From the NCBI RefSeq assembly GCF_009914755.1, contig NC_060934.1: a DNA stretch of 64,000 nucleotides, one strand, 5' to 3'. Of the stretch, positions 43,241 to 59,216 are shown piece by piece (within the stretch, counting starts at the first letter, position 1; each line of letters starts with the position of its first letter). The position numbers and the translations under genes were made by a program. Under the pieces are notes generated by a model, which was given only the letters and a program-made list of their open reading frames with translations, ran no database searches and had not been told where the DNA came from. The DNA comes from the human T2T-CHM13v2.0 reference genome, Homo sapiens.

Positions 43241-44904
43241 AAATCATGTCCTATTTCTTCAGCATGGGTCTTGCCTGCAGCTATCGGGAGGGTCCCCCTT
43301 TTCCAGTGAATGCTGCTTTCAGTGTGACCTCTCCCCTGGCTTAGATGGGCCTGATTCCTGATTGAGATCCATCTACTTGTCATCCGTCTTCCCTGGACCC
43401 CACCTAAAAAAGCAACAACTGTGACTGGCTCACAGGCTAGCCGGCTCAAACAGTACATTGTCCTGGAGCTGATGCAAAGGGCAAAATCATTCATGGTGTC
43501 TGGCCACTGGCTCCTTCCATCAAGATAAAGCCCTCTTCAGCGGGGAACTCTAGCCACGGAAGCACTCCTGGGCGCCCAAACACAGCCGCCCCTCTCATCA
43601 GCCCACAGCCGCGGCAGCACTTAGAGCCACAGATGACAAAGACCCTTCACAGAGGGGATCGATGACAGGGTGAGCGGAGGAGAGCTGGCAGGAACAAAGA
43701 TCCTCTGGTGCTCAGAATCTGCTCTGTCCTCCAGGGAAAGGCAAGCGAACATCGTGCTGGTGATCATTTCTGCACCTGCCCGCCTGCCCCTCCCAAACAC
43801 ACACTCTCATTTTTTTTTAAAGTCAGTTGTCACTAAGAAAAAAAAAATCTGCTGCAGCGAAGTTTTTTTTCATTCTCTGTGATAACCATGCCAAATGTAA
43901 TGTTTATAAGGTGAAGAATGGAGGAAAAAAGACCTCTTTCTGACTATTCTCTCAGACAAATCCTTGGAAAAAGTAAAATTCAATCAAACCACTTTTTTAA
44001 AACTTGAAATTACTGGATTAGAAGAGAGTGTGTAAAATCTACTGCTTCATTTTCTTTTTTTTTTTCCAGGAAGATAAGCATTCATAGCTTTTTTAGTCTA
44101 CACATTGCATTTTTCCTCCCCATCTTCCCTGTTCCTGCAACTCAAAAATGAGAGTTAATAATGCCTGCCTCTCCTGCCTCTGAGGATTTTGTGAGGATGA
44201 TAATAATAAAATAACATGAATACTCTGTGTTTCTATGGTACTGTTTAGTTAATAAAGCACTTTCACTTCATCTTCCAACAACCCAGTGAGGTGGGTGATA
44301 TGAGTTGCTGCACCTCAATGTGGGCTGAAAGCCTCACATGACACAAAACACCAGGCATCGTGCTCATTGATGGGGTCACTGTTAAAAATGATGATAATGA
44401 GTATCCACATTTTCAGCAGGACAGAATGGCTGGAATACTTCATAGGCTGCTCCAGGCATCCTCTACTACTGTATTTTTGCTTCCCAAAGAAGTGGGTGAA
44501 TTGAGGTATGCTAGGGTTAGTTGTGGCAGGGTTGGGACAACAGCTCCATTTGTTATACCACGCCTCCTAGTGCCCGCCCTTTCTAAATCCTGTATCCCCT
44601 AGAAAGATTGTGAACTTATTCAGCTTAATTCTCTCCTACTCCAGTGAGCCCTCACTGCCTTCCACCTGTCTTGGTCACATCATTCCGTAGTCAAGAGTGT
44701 CTGTGGTCCATGAGACAGCATGGAAGCCCACCTCCAGCATCCCTCCGGAAAGCCAACATGGTACAATCTCTTGTTTCTGTGCAGCTTGGCACTTTGTCTC
44801 AGACGCAGGAGTCGGGCAGGAAGAACAAGGCCTTTTCAATCTCTGACTAAACTTCAGAAATTAAACTGCTGAAATTAAATGGATTTTTCAAAATGTCACT
44901 TGAG

Positions 44905-45213
<309 letters not shown>

Positions 45214-46769
45214 GCCACTTGAATTTTAGATGACATTTCCCACCTAGAATCCTACTCCTTCATTGATGACAGCCACCTTCTCCTTGGTCCAGTGTCACTG
45301 CTCTCTTTGGTCTCAGATGGTGTTTCCTTGGGGAGCCTTTGAGGAGTTCTCCGAGTTCTTCTGTGGGCTGCCACAGCACTTTGAGGTCACCCACCTGTAG
45401 CAGCGTCATCTCTTGTTTTCTCTGTTATCACTATCAGTTTTCAAGACGATGAGCTTCTTGAAGGCAAGAACTATGATGCCTTTATCTTTCCATTTAAGGC
45501 ACCTAGTTCATGGTTAACAAGTATTTTTTAAATGAGTTGATAAGATGAATGAGTTAATCAAAGTGGCTTGGAGGAGAGAGAAAGTACTCGCCATCTGGGC
45601 TTGCATGGAGCACCTAGACTCATGGGGGATCTGTCAGATGACTGTACTCACCAGAATCACAGTGATTGGAGTTAATCCTGCACCCTCAAAGTTACCTCTG
45701 CTTCACTCTATCTTTACACTGCAAAAGCATCATCCATCAACCACCTATCAACCCACAAGTTTCAAAGATTATTTTACAAGGTGGTGGGGAGTATACGTGT
45801 GAATTTTTCATAAAGTTCTCATTTAAGGGAAAGATCAGAAAATAATGAGCTAAGTTTTTCTAACAGTCACCACTCTGGTTTCTTGAGGCCCTGAGCACGG
45901 AGCTAGGCACACTCTCTTTGCTGACTGGAGCTACTGACTTACGTGGACACCCAGGCTACTCAAATGCTGCAGTAGGGCAGAAGTGAACACCAGGCGGTCA
46001 GGACGCAGTGCAGTTGCTCTGGGATTCATCTCTGCCCCTCCCTCAGTCAGTGCCAAATATGAATGAATCATCTCCTGGCTTGGATAACCTGCATCTGCTG
46101 CAATGCATTGCTGGCACTCATCTTCTATCGCATTTCAGTTCCTTCAGACAAGTCCCACTTTGCATGATTGATCATTATTTTTACTTTCATGAGGTTTAGG
46201 TGGGTGGGATGAAAACCACAGCAAAACAGTATGGCAGGAAGTTCCCTTGCAAAAGATTCATGTATTACCTTTGGGTTATGGCTTCTTAAAACCCAAATTC
46301 TTAAGTGTTCTGAGGTTAAAAGCTTCCTATTTGCCACAAAGTTTAAGAATGATGATTTAGCTTGTGTTAGTTTACAAATGCAATTTTGCATTTGGCTGTC
46401 TTTAGATGAATTAGTCTTTAATTTTCACGGGGGAAGGTCACTATTAGAGAGATGGATTCTGGATTCCCGACAGAGCTCATTTGGGAAATGAAACTGAGGA
46501 ATTCTGCTTAAGATACACAGTCTACCTCTTCTCCAGAAATGTTCTTGGTTGGGAGTGAGGTGAGAAGGGAACTGGCTGAGTGGTTCAGGTCTGGAAAGTG
46601 TGTTAGGTTGTTCTAGATCACTGAGGTAAATGGAGGAAAAATAAGGGTGTAGTAACAGCCTATAAACTTTTCCTTCGATTTCCTTTCTCCTTGTCTCCCA
46701 ATAAGTAGATTAAAATAGGAAGGAATCCTGAATCTAATTAATCTCATCATAATATTTTAATTTTATAAT

Positions 46770-47000
46770 TATAGCTACCATTTATCATTCAATAATAATG
46801 ACTTATTATTTGTTAACCATACCATGTGTAGCCCAATGAGCTGGCCACTGTTATTACCCATATTTTACAGATGAGGAAACTGCTGCTCAGAGCTGCGATG
46901 TCACCTGCCTAAGGTCACACTACTTAACACATGGCAGAGCCAGCATCATAACTGAAACTGAGGTTCGTCGGATGCTGCAGTCAATGCTGTATGCACCTCT
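46770..47000 (-). mobile_element. MIR SINE
   Basis: attttacagatgaggaaactg...cctaaggtcacac...atggcagagcc. Confidence 0.75.
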
Positions 47001-50000
47001 TTTCTATTTTCTTTCTTGTTTAGAGGATAAGAAGAAGGACATCCTCCGGTGTTAGAGGACCTTTTCTAAGTCACACATCTGGCTAGTGGCACTGCCGTGA
47101 TAATCACCATGGTCTCTTGACCCAAGGCTCTCCCTCCACTGTGTATGGCCCTGTCACCATAGTACCCGACACGGAAACCATACAACCACATAGCTTCAAT
47201 ATTCTGAGACACTTCCAATTCCTTACAATCGTTTTCTTTTTGATAAGAATTATTTCTATTGTATACCTAAATAATGTGTTTTTATAGACTTCTCTTTGTT
47301 CTATCCACAAATTCACAACTTATTTCATAAGGTACTGCTTTTTAGATCATAGTTTTTAATTTTCAGTTGGGAAAAAATGGCCACTCTAAAGAGATGCCCC
47401 ACATATAGCTTTGGAACAAGGGTGTGTGTGGCAATTAAGCTACCCTAAGTGTAATCTGAGTGGGCAGCGAATGGGAATTGAAGGGCTCTGAAAAGCTGAT
47501 GTATTCCACCCCATCCATCCATTTCCCTGACTGAGGGTCTAAGATTCCTGATATTGAAGTCACTTCTTTGGGTGAAGGTATTGTATCACCAGTTACAACA
47601 GACATGTGATATTGCTTATTGTCTGTTTACCTCTTGCTTCAATGCATGGACTCCACAAGTTTTCTGGGAAGAGGTTAAAGTGAGGAGACCAAGGGAAGGC
47701 AAGTTTTGGCAGAAGTGGAATTCAGGAAAGAGTCAGGGCAGGAAAACTCAATACTAACAGTTATTTTAGATAGAAATAAGGCCCAAGGGGACACTTGGGG
47801 TTGAGGTTAGTCAATATAGGAAGAAAAGATTTTTGCCAAGTTAAAAAAAAATTATGATTCTCTTGCTAGCTAAGATACTTTCAAGAAATATTTAGGAATA
47901 GTTTGGGTAGTACATGGGTGACACAGTGCCACATATTCAAAGTAGAGAACCCAAGGAAACAGAGAAGGGTCCAAAAAGGTATATAGGGGGACTGAAAGAC
48001 AAACTCACCCTGCTAACAAGTTCATGAAGTCCTGTCACTGACGCCTGGTTATGGTTCCTTGAAAGGGCAGCCTTGCCGTGGTGCCTGTCACACATGCCCC
48101 CAGTAGAGTTCAGATCAAATCATTCCCTCTGTGGGGATGGGGGTGGGGACATTGACACCCTGAACCTCTGAGTCTGTACAGCACAATCAGCCCCCTGGGT
48201 CCCAGCTTTCTTCCTCATGTGCAAAGCAGGTGTGTCCCCATGGTGTCCTGCAACTCTCTCTCCATCGCTTCCCCTGCCATGGCACATGCTGCCCAGTGCG
48301 TACCTAGAAGGGCTGGTGGGCACTCAGATGGGGGAAGGTGAAGAAAGGTCATGGGTGCCACCATATTCCAGTGACCACATCGGCCACCACCACCTCTGCC
48401 CTTCACCTGAGATTCAATCAGCCACACAACAAATCACCCGGTATTCTCATCAGATCAGACAACGTCTTCATTCACTCTCAGGTGTGGGGGACATGATTCA
48501 AACCAGAGATAAGGTCCCAAGAGGGCCTTGCTGCTAAATTGGTTGGATAAGTGGCAAGCGCAGCAAATCAGCCCTTAGTGAGTTTAGCATTTGAGAATCA
48601 CCATGATTATTGCTTGATGGGAGAAAAGGGAGAAGATGAGCTAGGAAACCAAGTACCCTACCCCTGACGTCCTATTGTTGAGTAATCAGGGCCAATCATA
48701 GACCCATGGTGCGAAGAAGAAGGCTTTGTTAATCACAGTGTGCAGAAAATTATATTTTGGCTAAGGAAAGCCTCTTTAGCATGCATTTTGCCTACTGTGT
48801 GGGTTTGGGGGGAAATTATGTAACAAGGAGAGGTGTTGCTTATGGGAAGCAAAGTGGCACCCTCTGTGCCCCCCACCATTCCTGTCTCAGACTCCAGGAA
48901 ACTGCTTCCATTTTCTTACAGCTGCCAGGAGCAGGCAGCGGGCACCAGCACCTCCTTCCTTAAGTGAGCCCGGACACCCTGGATGGGATTTGTCCACGGG
49001 GAGACTTTAGAGGGTGATATCCCACTACTGCCCGCAGTTCACTTGGTGGAAGTTTATTCAAAAGCATTTCCCTGAATCTTAGGGGGTGAGTGCCTCTCTG
49101 ACAGCCAAACAGAATGTGACTTCTTTCTTCCACCGTTCCCAGCAAAGCATGCAACCCCTGACTCTCAGTGGGGAATTTACTTGCTGAAAATAGCAGATCC
49201 TGGACTGGCTGCTTCTTAGACCTCCTAATTCACCGCCATTGGTTCCCCATTCCTCTGCTGGCACAGACTCGGGACTTCTGAAACAAGTTTAATAGCAACC
49301 TAATTTCAATCAAGATATTGACTAAAATTTTTGTTTTTGGTAAAAAGAATAACAATACAAATAAATATAAAATGTCACTTGGAGGTCAAACGTCTTATGA
49401 AAGTAAATACTGCGCTTGTTTTTTAAGGCAGTCAACGTTATTAAGATCCCCCACTTAGAAGATGGAGACTGGTTGGTTCTCCACTGTAGTAGGCTAGAAG
49501 TGCTGAGAAAAAAAGCCTGGGTAGCTTTCTTCATGCTGCCTCGGTCCTTTGGGTGGGAGGTTGGAGTGCAGTAAGGAGAGAAAATCAGTAAGAAGGTGGG
49601 AAGGAAGCAAAAGAGCTTAGGACTAGTCCTAGCAAAAGCAGAGACACTACCAGAGCCTCTCTGGCATCTTTGTTCCCTCCAGTGTGGGAAAATGATACCT
49701 GGAATGAACTGTGAGAGTATGGCACCTTTTCCACACCCCTGATCTTTCTTTCCCTTTGGAAGGACTTCCATTAGCACTAGACTCTTGGCCTCTCTCTTTA
49801 CAAACCTTCACTCTTTCCTCCACAGTGACAAGGAGTAAGTAACCAAGAACAGGTCAAGAATGTTTGAATCTCAGTTTTATAGGTGGTATGAGATATTGGG
49901 TTAAGATTTCAAGACATTCCTCCAAGCCACCTTCCAAATGTATTTGTAAGTTTCTTCACGCCGAGGGTCATGCAATATACTTCTTTGTGAATATCTGTCA

Positions 50001-50757
50001 ACACCCGTTCTTTCACGGAACAGTGGTAATGTTTGGGAAAATGCTAGCTTCCTTTCCTTTTTTGCATTTTTGTGTATTTCTCCAACATGAGGCAGCCTTG
50101 GCCCAGTTATGAAGAGGAAGCACCGTGGTTAGGCAGAGGTGGCTTATTTGGTGGTCCAAGCCTATGTGGGTCTACTGAACCAATAGATGGTGGCTGTTAA
50201 GGTGCCTGAGAGACATATAGGCTGGGTCAGGGACAGATGGGGGATACGCCAGACACTCGGCAGTGACTGCAGCACCATCAGCTGATGAGAAAAGGCCAAA
50301 CCTTCAGGGACCTGACCAACTTGCACAGGAATAGGCCATGAGTTCATCAGCCATAGTGACCAAGAGCACCACCAACATGTGGATCAGCTCTGGCAGCTAG
50401 AGCAGAGTCAAATCCGCTTTGGGGGCCCCTTTCCCCAGGCGATGTAAGTCAGCCCAGCATCTGCGGTCCCTGGAGTAACATCTCAGAGACAAGCCAGGAG
50501 ACAGAGGACCAATCTGAAAGACTGCTCAATTGTACCGAAAAGGCTAAGTTAAACCTCAAAAGAGAGTGTCAATTTTTGTTTCCAATGGAGATTTAAACTG
50601 ATCTAAAGATTTTCTCCCACTACCTAGCAAATGGGCTCCCAGCTCATAAAAAAGATCAGGTCAGTTAGAGATTAAATAAAGAATCCATATCCTCTTCAAA
50701 CATCCTATTTGTAGTAGGAATAATGTTGGCCAGGCTTTTGGTATCATCTATGTATTA

Positions 50758-51070
<313 letters not shown>

Positions 51071-51493
51071 GAATAATGTTGTGATCACGCTATATCCATT
51101 CCTTCATCCATAGTGATCATACACCTGCTACACATTAAGAATTGTGCTAGGCACTCAGGATACTGATTGAACTTGAGGAAGATGATGGAGTTTTTTGGTC
51201 CAGCAACAATGCTGTCTGCCTAGACAATAACAGAGGGGCCTTTACATGTGCTGGAAAAGTTGGACTCTTCAGCTAAGATATGTGCCTTAAATAGCTTAAG
51301 TCTTCTAAAGTTCTAATTCTCTGGCAAAATAGTTATTATTCCACTGAGAGTAACTGGCTTAAGGTTATTGCTGCTGACTTTTCTGCAATGGGATGAAATA
51401 TGGACTATAATGAGACCACAGAAGGAAAGCATAGAGCCCGACCAACAGTGGCTCCAAATATTTGTTCAGTAACATTTATGAATCAAAATATCA

Positions 51494-51985
<492 letters not shown>

Positions 51986-53463
51986 TGTAAAGCCATTCCT
52001 CAGGGCAATGAAAGAGTTAGGTAGTTTATGGAGACCTAATCAGCTGTGCAAGTTTTCTAAACCCCATTGTAAAACTGATGAATCCAAAGCACAGGAGAAA
52101 TTATGAAATCTATCACACTGATAATTGGTACAAGAGGAAATACAAATAACAAACATGGAGAAATAATTTATATCTTCACAAGCATAACCAAAGAACTGCA
52201 TACTAAAGCAAACTTGAGGATTTATTTTCACCTGAATTAGCAAAAAAAAAATAGTATCAGCAATTTGCTTAAAAAAACAGTGTTATACATTCACTGCTAT
52301 ATTACTGTTGGCATTGGTATTATAAACATTTTTGGGGAAAGAAATATGACAAAGAACAGGCAGAACAACAAAGACTGTCATAAACTGTAGCCTAGTAATT
52401 TTATTCCTAAGACTTTATCCCAAGAAAATAATTCAGTAGAAGCAAAAACCCTATGAAGAAAGAGGAAACGAAAAAAAGTCACAATTTGAACAGTCAACAA
52501 GACATTGTAGTTACATTACACAATAAATTAAGATGCAGACACTGAGAAAAATAGCTAAGAAAAATATATGGCAATGTGAAAAATGTGAAGTGTTATTAAA
52601 ATAAAAAGCAGAGCTAAAATGATACTACAATTGCAGCTATATAAAACATGAACATTATAATAAGCAAAAAATGGCAGCAGTTGTGTTGAGATGGCATGAT
52701 TACCATTTTTTCAACATTTTTAACATTGTTAAACATCTCATTTCAAATAAAAATGTATTCACAAATAAAATCTAAGGTCTCCCTCAAATATATAATGGTG
52801 CATTGTCTGATAAATTTCAAAAATAGTCCCACGTATGATAGCTGCACTTCGGGGGCTGGGAAATGGCTTTTAACCAAGATCTATAAGGAGCGTGTTGAGT
52901 GGTTTGAGGTGTGTTCAGAATAGAAGCAGCACGTAGAGAAAAGTCATCGCTTCTTCCAGGAACCACATTAACCAGCTCCCTATCACTCAGCACATCAGAC
53001 ACGGCCTCAGGCTTCCCAGAACTCCCACATTCTGGTGGAAATACTCTACAGAAAGCATGGAACAGCCAAGCCAACCAGCCAGGCTGAAAGGTTTTTAATT
53101 AGATCAGAAGGGTCCAGTGTGATCTGGATTTCACATGAAATCTATTTTTTTCATCTATTTTCTTATACTCAAATACTACTATTGTTAGTGTCTCTAGGAG
53201 ACATTCAGCCTGGTTTAACTTATTATTTATTATTTTATTACTTTATCTTATTTTAATTATACAAATGTTACTTTTTATAAGACACATTACTTCCTGGGTA
53301 TTTGAAAAGGAACCTACCAGGGCCCTTCATCTAAGCTTACTCACAAAAACAATGTCATGGATCTTTTTATTCAAGTGCAGAACGGCAAGGAACTGAAAGG
53401 GGCAAGGAAGCTGGCCCACCCCTTTTGTTTGTGCTCAGCACTTTTGATCCCAAGACTTCCTGA

Positions 53464-53928
<465 letters not shown>

Positions 53929-54791
53929 TAATAAATAGATGATACCAAAAGCCTTAGCCGGCATTTTACAAAACCTCTTCTCTGGCAGAGGAGGGTTCTC
54001 CCTGGCATCTCCATGCACCTTCAGCAAACTCAGGTGACTTGTGCAGCGCGGTGGGTTAATGTTTCAGTTTCATCTCCTCCAGGGGGCTTAGTCCTATCAA
54101 GAGCAAGTGAGAACAGCTAGGAAAATTGTTTCCTTTAAGCTCCAGCTTATTACTCAAAATGAACAGTTTTCCTGCAAAGAGCTTTTCTCTGATTATTTGT
54201 TACTAAATAATGAGCATAAACAGCCACGAAGTTACCTCACTTGAGATATTAAAGAGTACATTGAAAATAGACTCCAAAAATTCATATCTGCTAAACTTAC
54301 ATCATCTTCTGTTTTGCCTTCTGACAATCATGTGAAAATCCCAAGGATGTTAGAATTTTATTCATCTATTATTAGGCCTGGGCAGGATTTTCCCCATGGA
54401 ATTGCATACACCCTACTTTGAGGAGGAACCCCAGTAATGCAGTTTCAAATTGCATAGCGAAGATGTTAAGGGAAAGGCTGTATCAAACCTGCTATTTCCT
54501 ACAAAATAAGCAACATATTGAGCATTTGTTGAGCTTCTAAAACCTGGCCGGACAATATCATGCTAAAAAAATCCAAAGCTTGGAAAATAATTTCCTTATA
54601 TCATCTTTTCAGGACAATGTCTATATTCTTAGCTCTAGAGAAAATTCCTTCAGTACCTAAGCCCACTCTGTCCTTATAAATGATCCTCAACTGTTTCAGA
54701 GCCGAGGAGCCTATTTTCTAAAATGTAAATTACTTTATAAACTACCATAAAATTCCAATTTAATTCACATGCATCAGAATAAAAGGGCTGA

Positions 54792-55332
54792 GGCCGGCAA
54801 GGTGGCTCATGCCTGTAATCCCAGCACTTTGGGAGGGGGAGGTGGGCAGATCACTTGAGGAAAGGAGTTTGAGACCAGCCTGGCCAACATGGAGAAACCT
54901 CATCTCTACTAAAAATACAAAATTTGGTCAGGCATGCTGGTGCACACCTGTAATCCCAGCTACTCAGGAAGCTGAGGCAGGAGAATTGCTTGAACCCAGA
55001 AGGCCGAGGGTGCAGTGAGCCGAGATCGTGCCTCTTGCCTGGGCAAAAGAGTGAGGCTCTGTCTCAAAAAAAGAAAAAAAAAAAGCAAGAAAAGGTAGTG
55101 GTCTTGATCCGGTTACCTTCCAGAGTCAATTGGCAAAACCCCGTCTCTACTAAAAATACAAAAATTAGCTGAGTGCGGTGGTGCATGCCTGTAATGCCAA
55201 CTCCTTGGGAGGCTGAGGCAGGAGAATCACTTGAATCTGAGAAGCAGAGGTTGCAGCAAGAGGAGATCGCACCACTGCACTCCAGCCTGGGCAACAGAGT
55301 GAGACTCTGTCTCAAATAAATAAATAAATAAA
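54792..55332 (+). mobile_element. Composite Alu: full Alu, ~38 bp non-Alu sequence, then 5'-truncated Alu
   Basis: One TSD pair AGAATAAAA(G/A)GGCTGA at 54776-54791 and 55333-55348. Confidence 0.9.
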
Positions 55333-56268
55333 AGAATAAAAAGGCTGAACATTTTCAGGGCACATACTTTATGTTGGCAGGGAGAAGGCAGATGTGGTAA
55401 TGATAGCAAGGGAAGGAAATTCTGATATTTTGGGCCTTTCCCTACAGTGAGGTATAAATTGGCATGAAAGTACCTCCCAAGCAACCCAGGTTACTAAGTC
55501 AGCCCTAACATGGCCATAAACCAGTGCATCCTATGAAACTGTTCTTTATAAAACATTTCCTTCTCAAATTCACAGCTACTTAGCCATAGCTATGATTCCT
55601 TGGTGACTGAGGAGAGATTTTACCACTTGAACTGTTTTAAAGCAAGACCAAATAAACTGAACAAGTACAGCATTTGCAACCAGTTTCCCTTACAATTCTC
55701 TCATTATGACCCCACTTCATCACCAGTGTCAGCTCTGTTCAGGAAGAAGTTCCTACACAGTTCCAGAGAGGATTCTTAATCTATAAGAGAAGTAATAATA
55801 ATGATGTTTTAAGGCTGTTATCAGTGTACTGAAATACTAAAATAACAACTGAGGTTTTTCTGCTCTCTCCCATCTTATAAAGCCAGGAGCTTCTAACAAC
55901 AGTGGTTGCTGGTAAGGGATTTTATCAGGTATGATTCTACCATCAAAATTTAAATATGATTTTTCATGCATTCCTGTGCACTTACCTCCAATAACTCCAC
56001 AAGTTTTTCTCTGCATCTTTTATGGTCTTCTAAGGAATTGGTGGGCTACTCACTTCTAGTTTCATCTCTGAGGCCTCTTTGCTAGTTTCTGTGCCTCTTT
56101 AGATGTTCAGCACAATAGAATCAACCAAATTCTCTAAGGAAATATGTCAGTTATTTGGAGAGCATAGAGGACAGCCCTTCTCTTGGTGTTCTCTTATTAT
56201 TACTGAATGCATAAAATGCTTTCTACTGTAACCCTGAGGAAAATCAGATTTCAAAAAAAAAAAAAAAA

Positions 56269-56574
56269 TGCCCAACGCGGTGGCTCACACCTGTAATGCC
56301 AGCACTTTGGGAGGCCAAAGTGGGAGCATCATGGGGTAAGGAGTTTGAGACCAGCCTCGCCAACGTGGTGAAACCCCGTTTCTACTAAAAATACACAAAT
56401 TAACCAGGTGTGGTGGTGCGCACCTGTAATCCCAGCTACTCAGGAGGCTGAGGCAGGAGAATCACTTGAATCTGGGAGGGGGAGGTTGCAGTGAGCCAAG
56501 ATCACACCACTGCACTCCAGCCTGGGTGAAAGAGCAAGACTCCATCTCAAAAAACAAACAAACAAACAAAAAAA
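56269..56574 (+). mobile_element. AluS
   Basis: Dimer with (CAAA)n tail. Confidence 0.93.
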
Positions 56575-57149
56575 CCCAGCTCTCTGGAGATGGAGGTGTA
56601 GAGGAGAGGACAGGGAAATATCTCAACAGAACTTACAGAAGACACCATCACTGAGAATTCAGGCTTAAAACAGGGAACAGGATGTAGTTGTCCAATAAGA
56701 TGACCAAATTTTCATCTAAAAGAGAAGTCTTTTGCGGGTTATGACATGAAGATTGCAAGTACTGTCCCTTGGGAAAGACACAGCCACTATTAAAGCTACA
56801 TTATGATTAATGGAATCAGGCCCAGATGTTAAGTTTCAGAAACAGGTAAAGAAGTCCTGCTTCCCAGACCTTCCAGCATAATTACTCAAAAGGGAGGATG
56901 GTAATAATTGCACATGCCCAAATCCTTGTGGGCACAGTTTGAAATTACCTACTGTAAACCAGAAATTACTTCATGGTTTCTTGTTTTAACTTGAAAAGTT
57001 TTGTGAGTAGTGTATTCTACCCCATAATATACCTATGTTTATTTTAATGCAAAAATAGTGTTTTAAATTGCCATTTATGTTTCCCTGGTGCACTACTGGC
57101 ATATTAAGTGCCTCCATTTAATAAGTACCAAGCGAAGGGCATAGTTTAG

Positions 57150-57270
57150 ACTTCTACACAGCACTTGAGAGCCTTGCTACAATGCAGATTCTCATGGCAG
57201 TGTGGGCAGTGGGGACCAGGATTCTACTTTGTAACAAGCCCTCTGGGGGACTCTGATTTAGACACTAATT
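57150..57270. mobile_element. MER5A-like hAT MITE fragment
   Basis: aatgcagattct...gtggggaccagga...taacaagccctctgggggactctgat. Confidence 0.5.
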
Positions 57271-57819
57271 AGCCAGGACAGTAAGAATTGGGTCAGCCAA
57301 AAGTAGGGATTAAAAGTCTTTGGGTCCTTAGAAACTTGTATTATATGGGTGGCTTAAAGGTCCGTGCCAATGGCTTAAAATCAAGAAAAGGAACTTCTCA
57401 GATCTCATTCAGGAGCCAAGAATCGGAGCCCAACTCATTGTGAGCAGGGTGGTGGCAACATGAGTACGTTGCACAGTAAAGAAGCAGAGTGGGTGACCAG
57501 GAGCTGTGTCTGCAGAAGAAATTAGGAACCAGGCACTAAGAGGAAGGGAAAGTTCACCAGAACAACTTCCACCAGCATGATGAGCTCAGCATTTAAGCCA
57601 GAGAAGTATGTTAGGGGAGAAGGCAAATATTCCTGCTGAGCCAATGTGTGATCAAATTGTATCTTACCTGAGATATAGAATATTTATTTCTACAAGTTAG
57701 CAGTCACTCTTTGGGAAAGTGTTACTTTATGTACATTAGAGTCTTAACCAATTTCCTTAGGAAAATTCCCAACTTTGTTCTTCATTGTGTTCTAAAGAAT
57801 GTATGTGAACTCTTATTTC

Positions 57820-58124
57820 TTTTTTGTGTGTTTGCTTATTTGAGACAGTGTCTTGTTCTGTCACCCAGGCTGGAGTGCAGTAGCACAATCTTGGCTCACT
57901 GCAGCCTCAACCTCCCAGGCCCAAGTGATCCTCTCACTTCATCCCCCTGAGTAGCTGGGACCACAGGCATGCGTCACCTCACCCAGCTAATTTTTTTAAT
58001 TTTTTGTAGAGATGGGGTATCACTATGTTGCCCAGGCTGGTCTCCATCTCTTTGGGCTCAAGTGATCTTCCCACCTCTGCCTCCCAACGTGCTGGGATTA
58101 CAGGTGTTAGCCACCAACCTGACC
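57820..58124 (-). mobile_element. AluJ
   Basis: GCAGCCTCAACCTCCCAGGCCCAAGTGATCC J-type sequence. Confidence 0.92.
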
Positions 58125-58139
58125 TAAACTCTTATTTTT

Positions 58140-58346
58140 TTTTCTTTTCTTTTTTTTTTATTATTATACTTTAAGTTTTAGGGTACATGTGCACAATGTG
58201 CAGGTTAGTTACATATGTATACATGTGCCATGCTGGTGCGCTGCACCCACTAACTCGTCATCTAGCATTAGGTATATCTCCCAATGCTATCCCTCCCCCC
58301 TCCCCCCACCCCACAACAGGCCCCAGAGTGTGATGTTCCCCTTCCT
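58140..58346 (-). mobile_element. Young 5'-truncated L1PA2/PA3-type 3' end (~200 bp)
   Basis: Poly-T then ATTATACTTTAAGTTTTAGGGTACATG; minus strand GATGACGAGTTAG (GAG, not the L1HS ACA/ACG); TSD AAACTCTTATTTTT followed by AAA. Confidence 0.92.
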
Positions 58347-59216
58347 AAACTCTTATTTTTAAAGGGGAAAGGGATATGTCCAAATCTAGATAGAGCTAAC
58401 TGTAGAGAAGAGTTCTAGAGGTCAGGTTCAGAGGGAGCTACAGTCCAAAAGGAGTGAGCAGGAACCTGTGATCATGGGCAGTCAGGAGAGAAACAGCTGC
58501 AGGAGAGAGTTGGGGCCACTGCTCCCCTCACCCCTGCTCTTTGCCTCTAAAGCTAAGCCACCTCCCTGCAAGAAAAGCTTGGAATTTCCCTCTGCTTGAG
58601 TCATAGCCTAAGACTGGGATTCCCAAATTGAACTTCAAACTGGTGCTCACATATGAGGTATGTCCTGCAGAGGTATGAGGTGTGGCTTGGGATTTCATCA
58701 TCATGTCTCAGACCAAAGAGTAAGCGAAAGGTAGAACCATGGCAGAGTCAGTGCTCCAGCAAATGATGGGCAGTTGTTTTTTGCTCTGTTCTATTTGGTG
58801 TTTTATGTCCTGAGTTTTTAGGACAGATTTTAATTCATAAGTAGTGTCTAGGTAGAGCACGAGTTTTGAGGAGCATCTCATTCTCCACCTTTCCCTAGGT
58901 CTACCTCAAATAACATACTGTGGCTCCAGTTCTCCCTCTGGCCTCTCTGTGGGTTGTCTCTACCTCTCCTCAGAAAAGTGTCAGCACGTCCTGGCCAACC
59001 AGCATCCTGGATGATCTGCTGTAGTATCAGCAGCCCCAGTCTAAGGAGAGGGCTGCTTGAGGTGGACAGGCCACACAAAGCAGTGTAACCATGCCTAGCC
59101 CTTGAGCTACAAGGATCAAGGGCTTTCTTGCCTAGCCTTCATCTCTCTTCTTCATCCTCTCTCTAGGGCCCTTTATCTTCCTCACTCCCCATTCAACTAT
59201 TTTACAAAAGACAGAA

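Noticed and set aside
42961-43494. 177-aa minus-strand ORF
   Set aside because: Crosses a MER94-like MITE and an Alu tail; no domain signal
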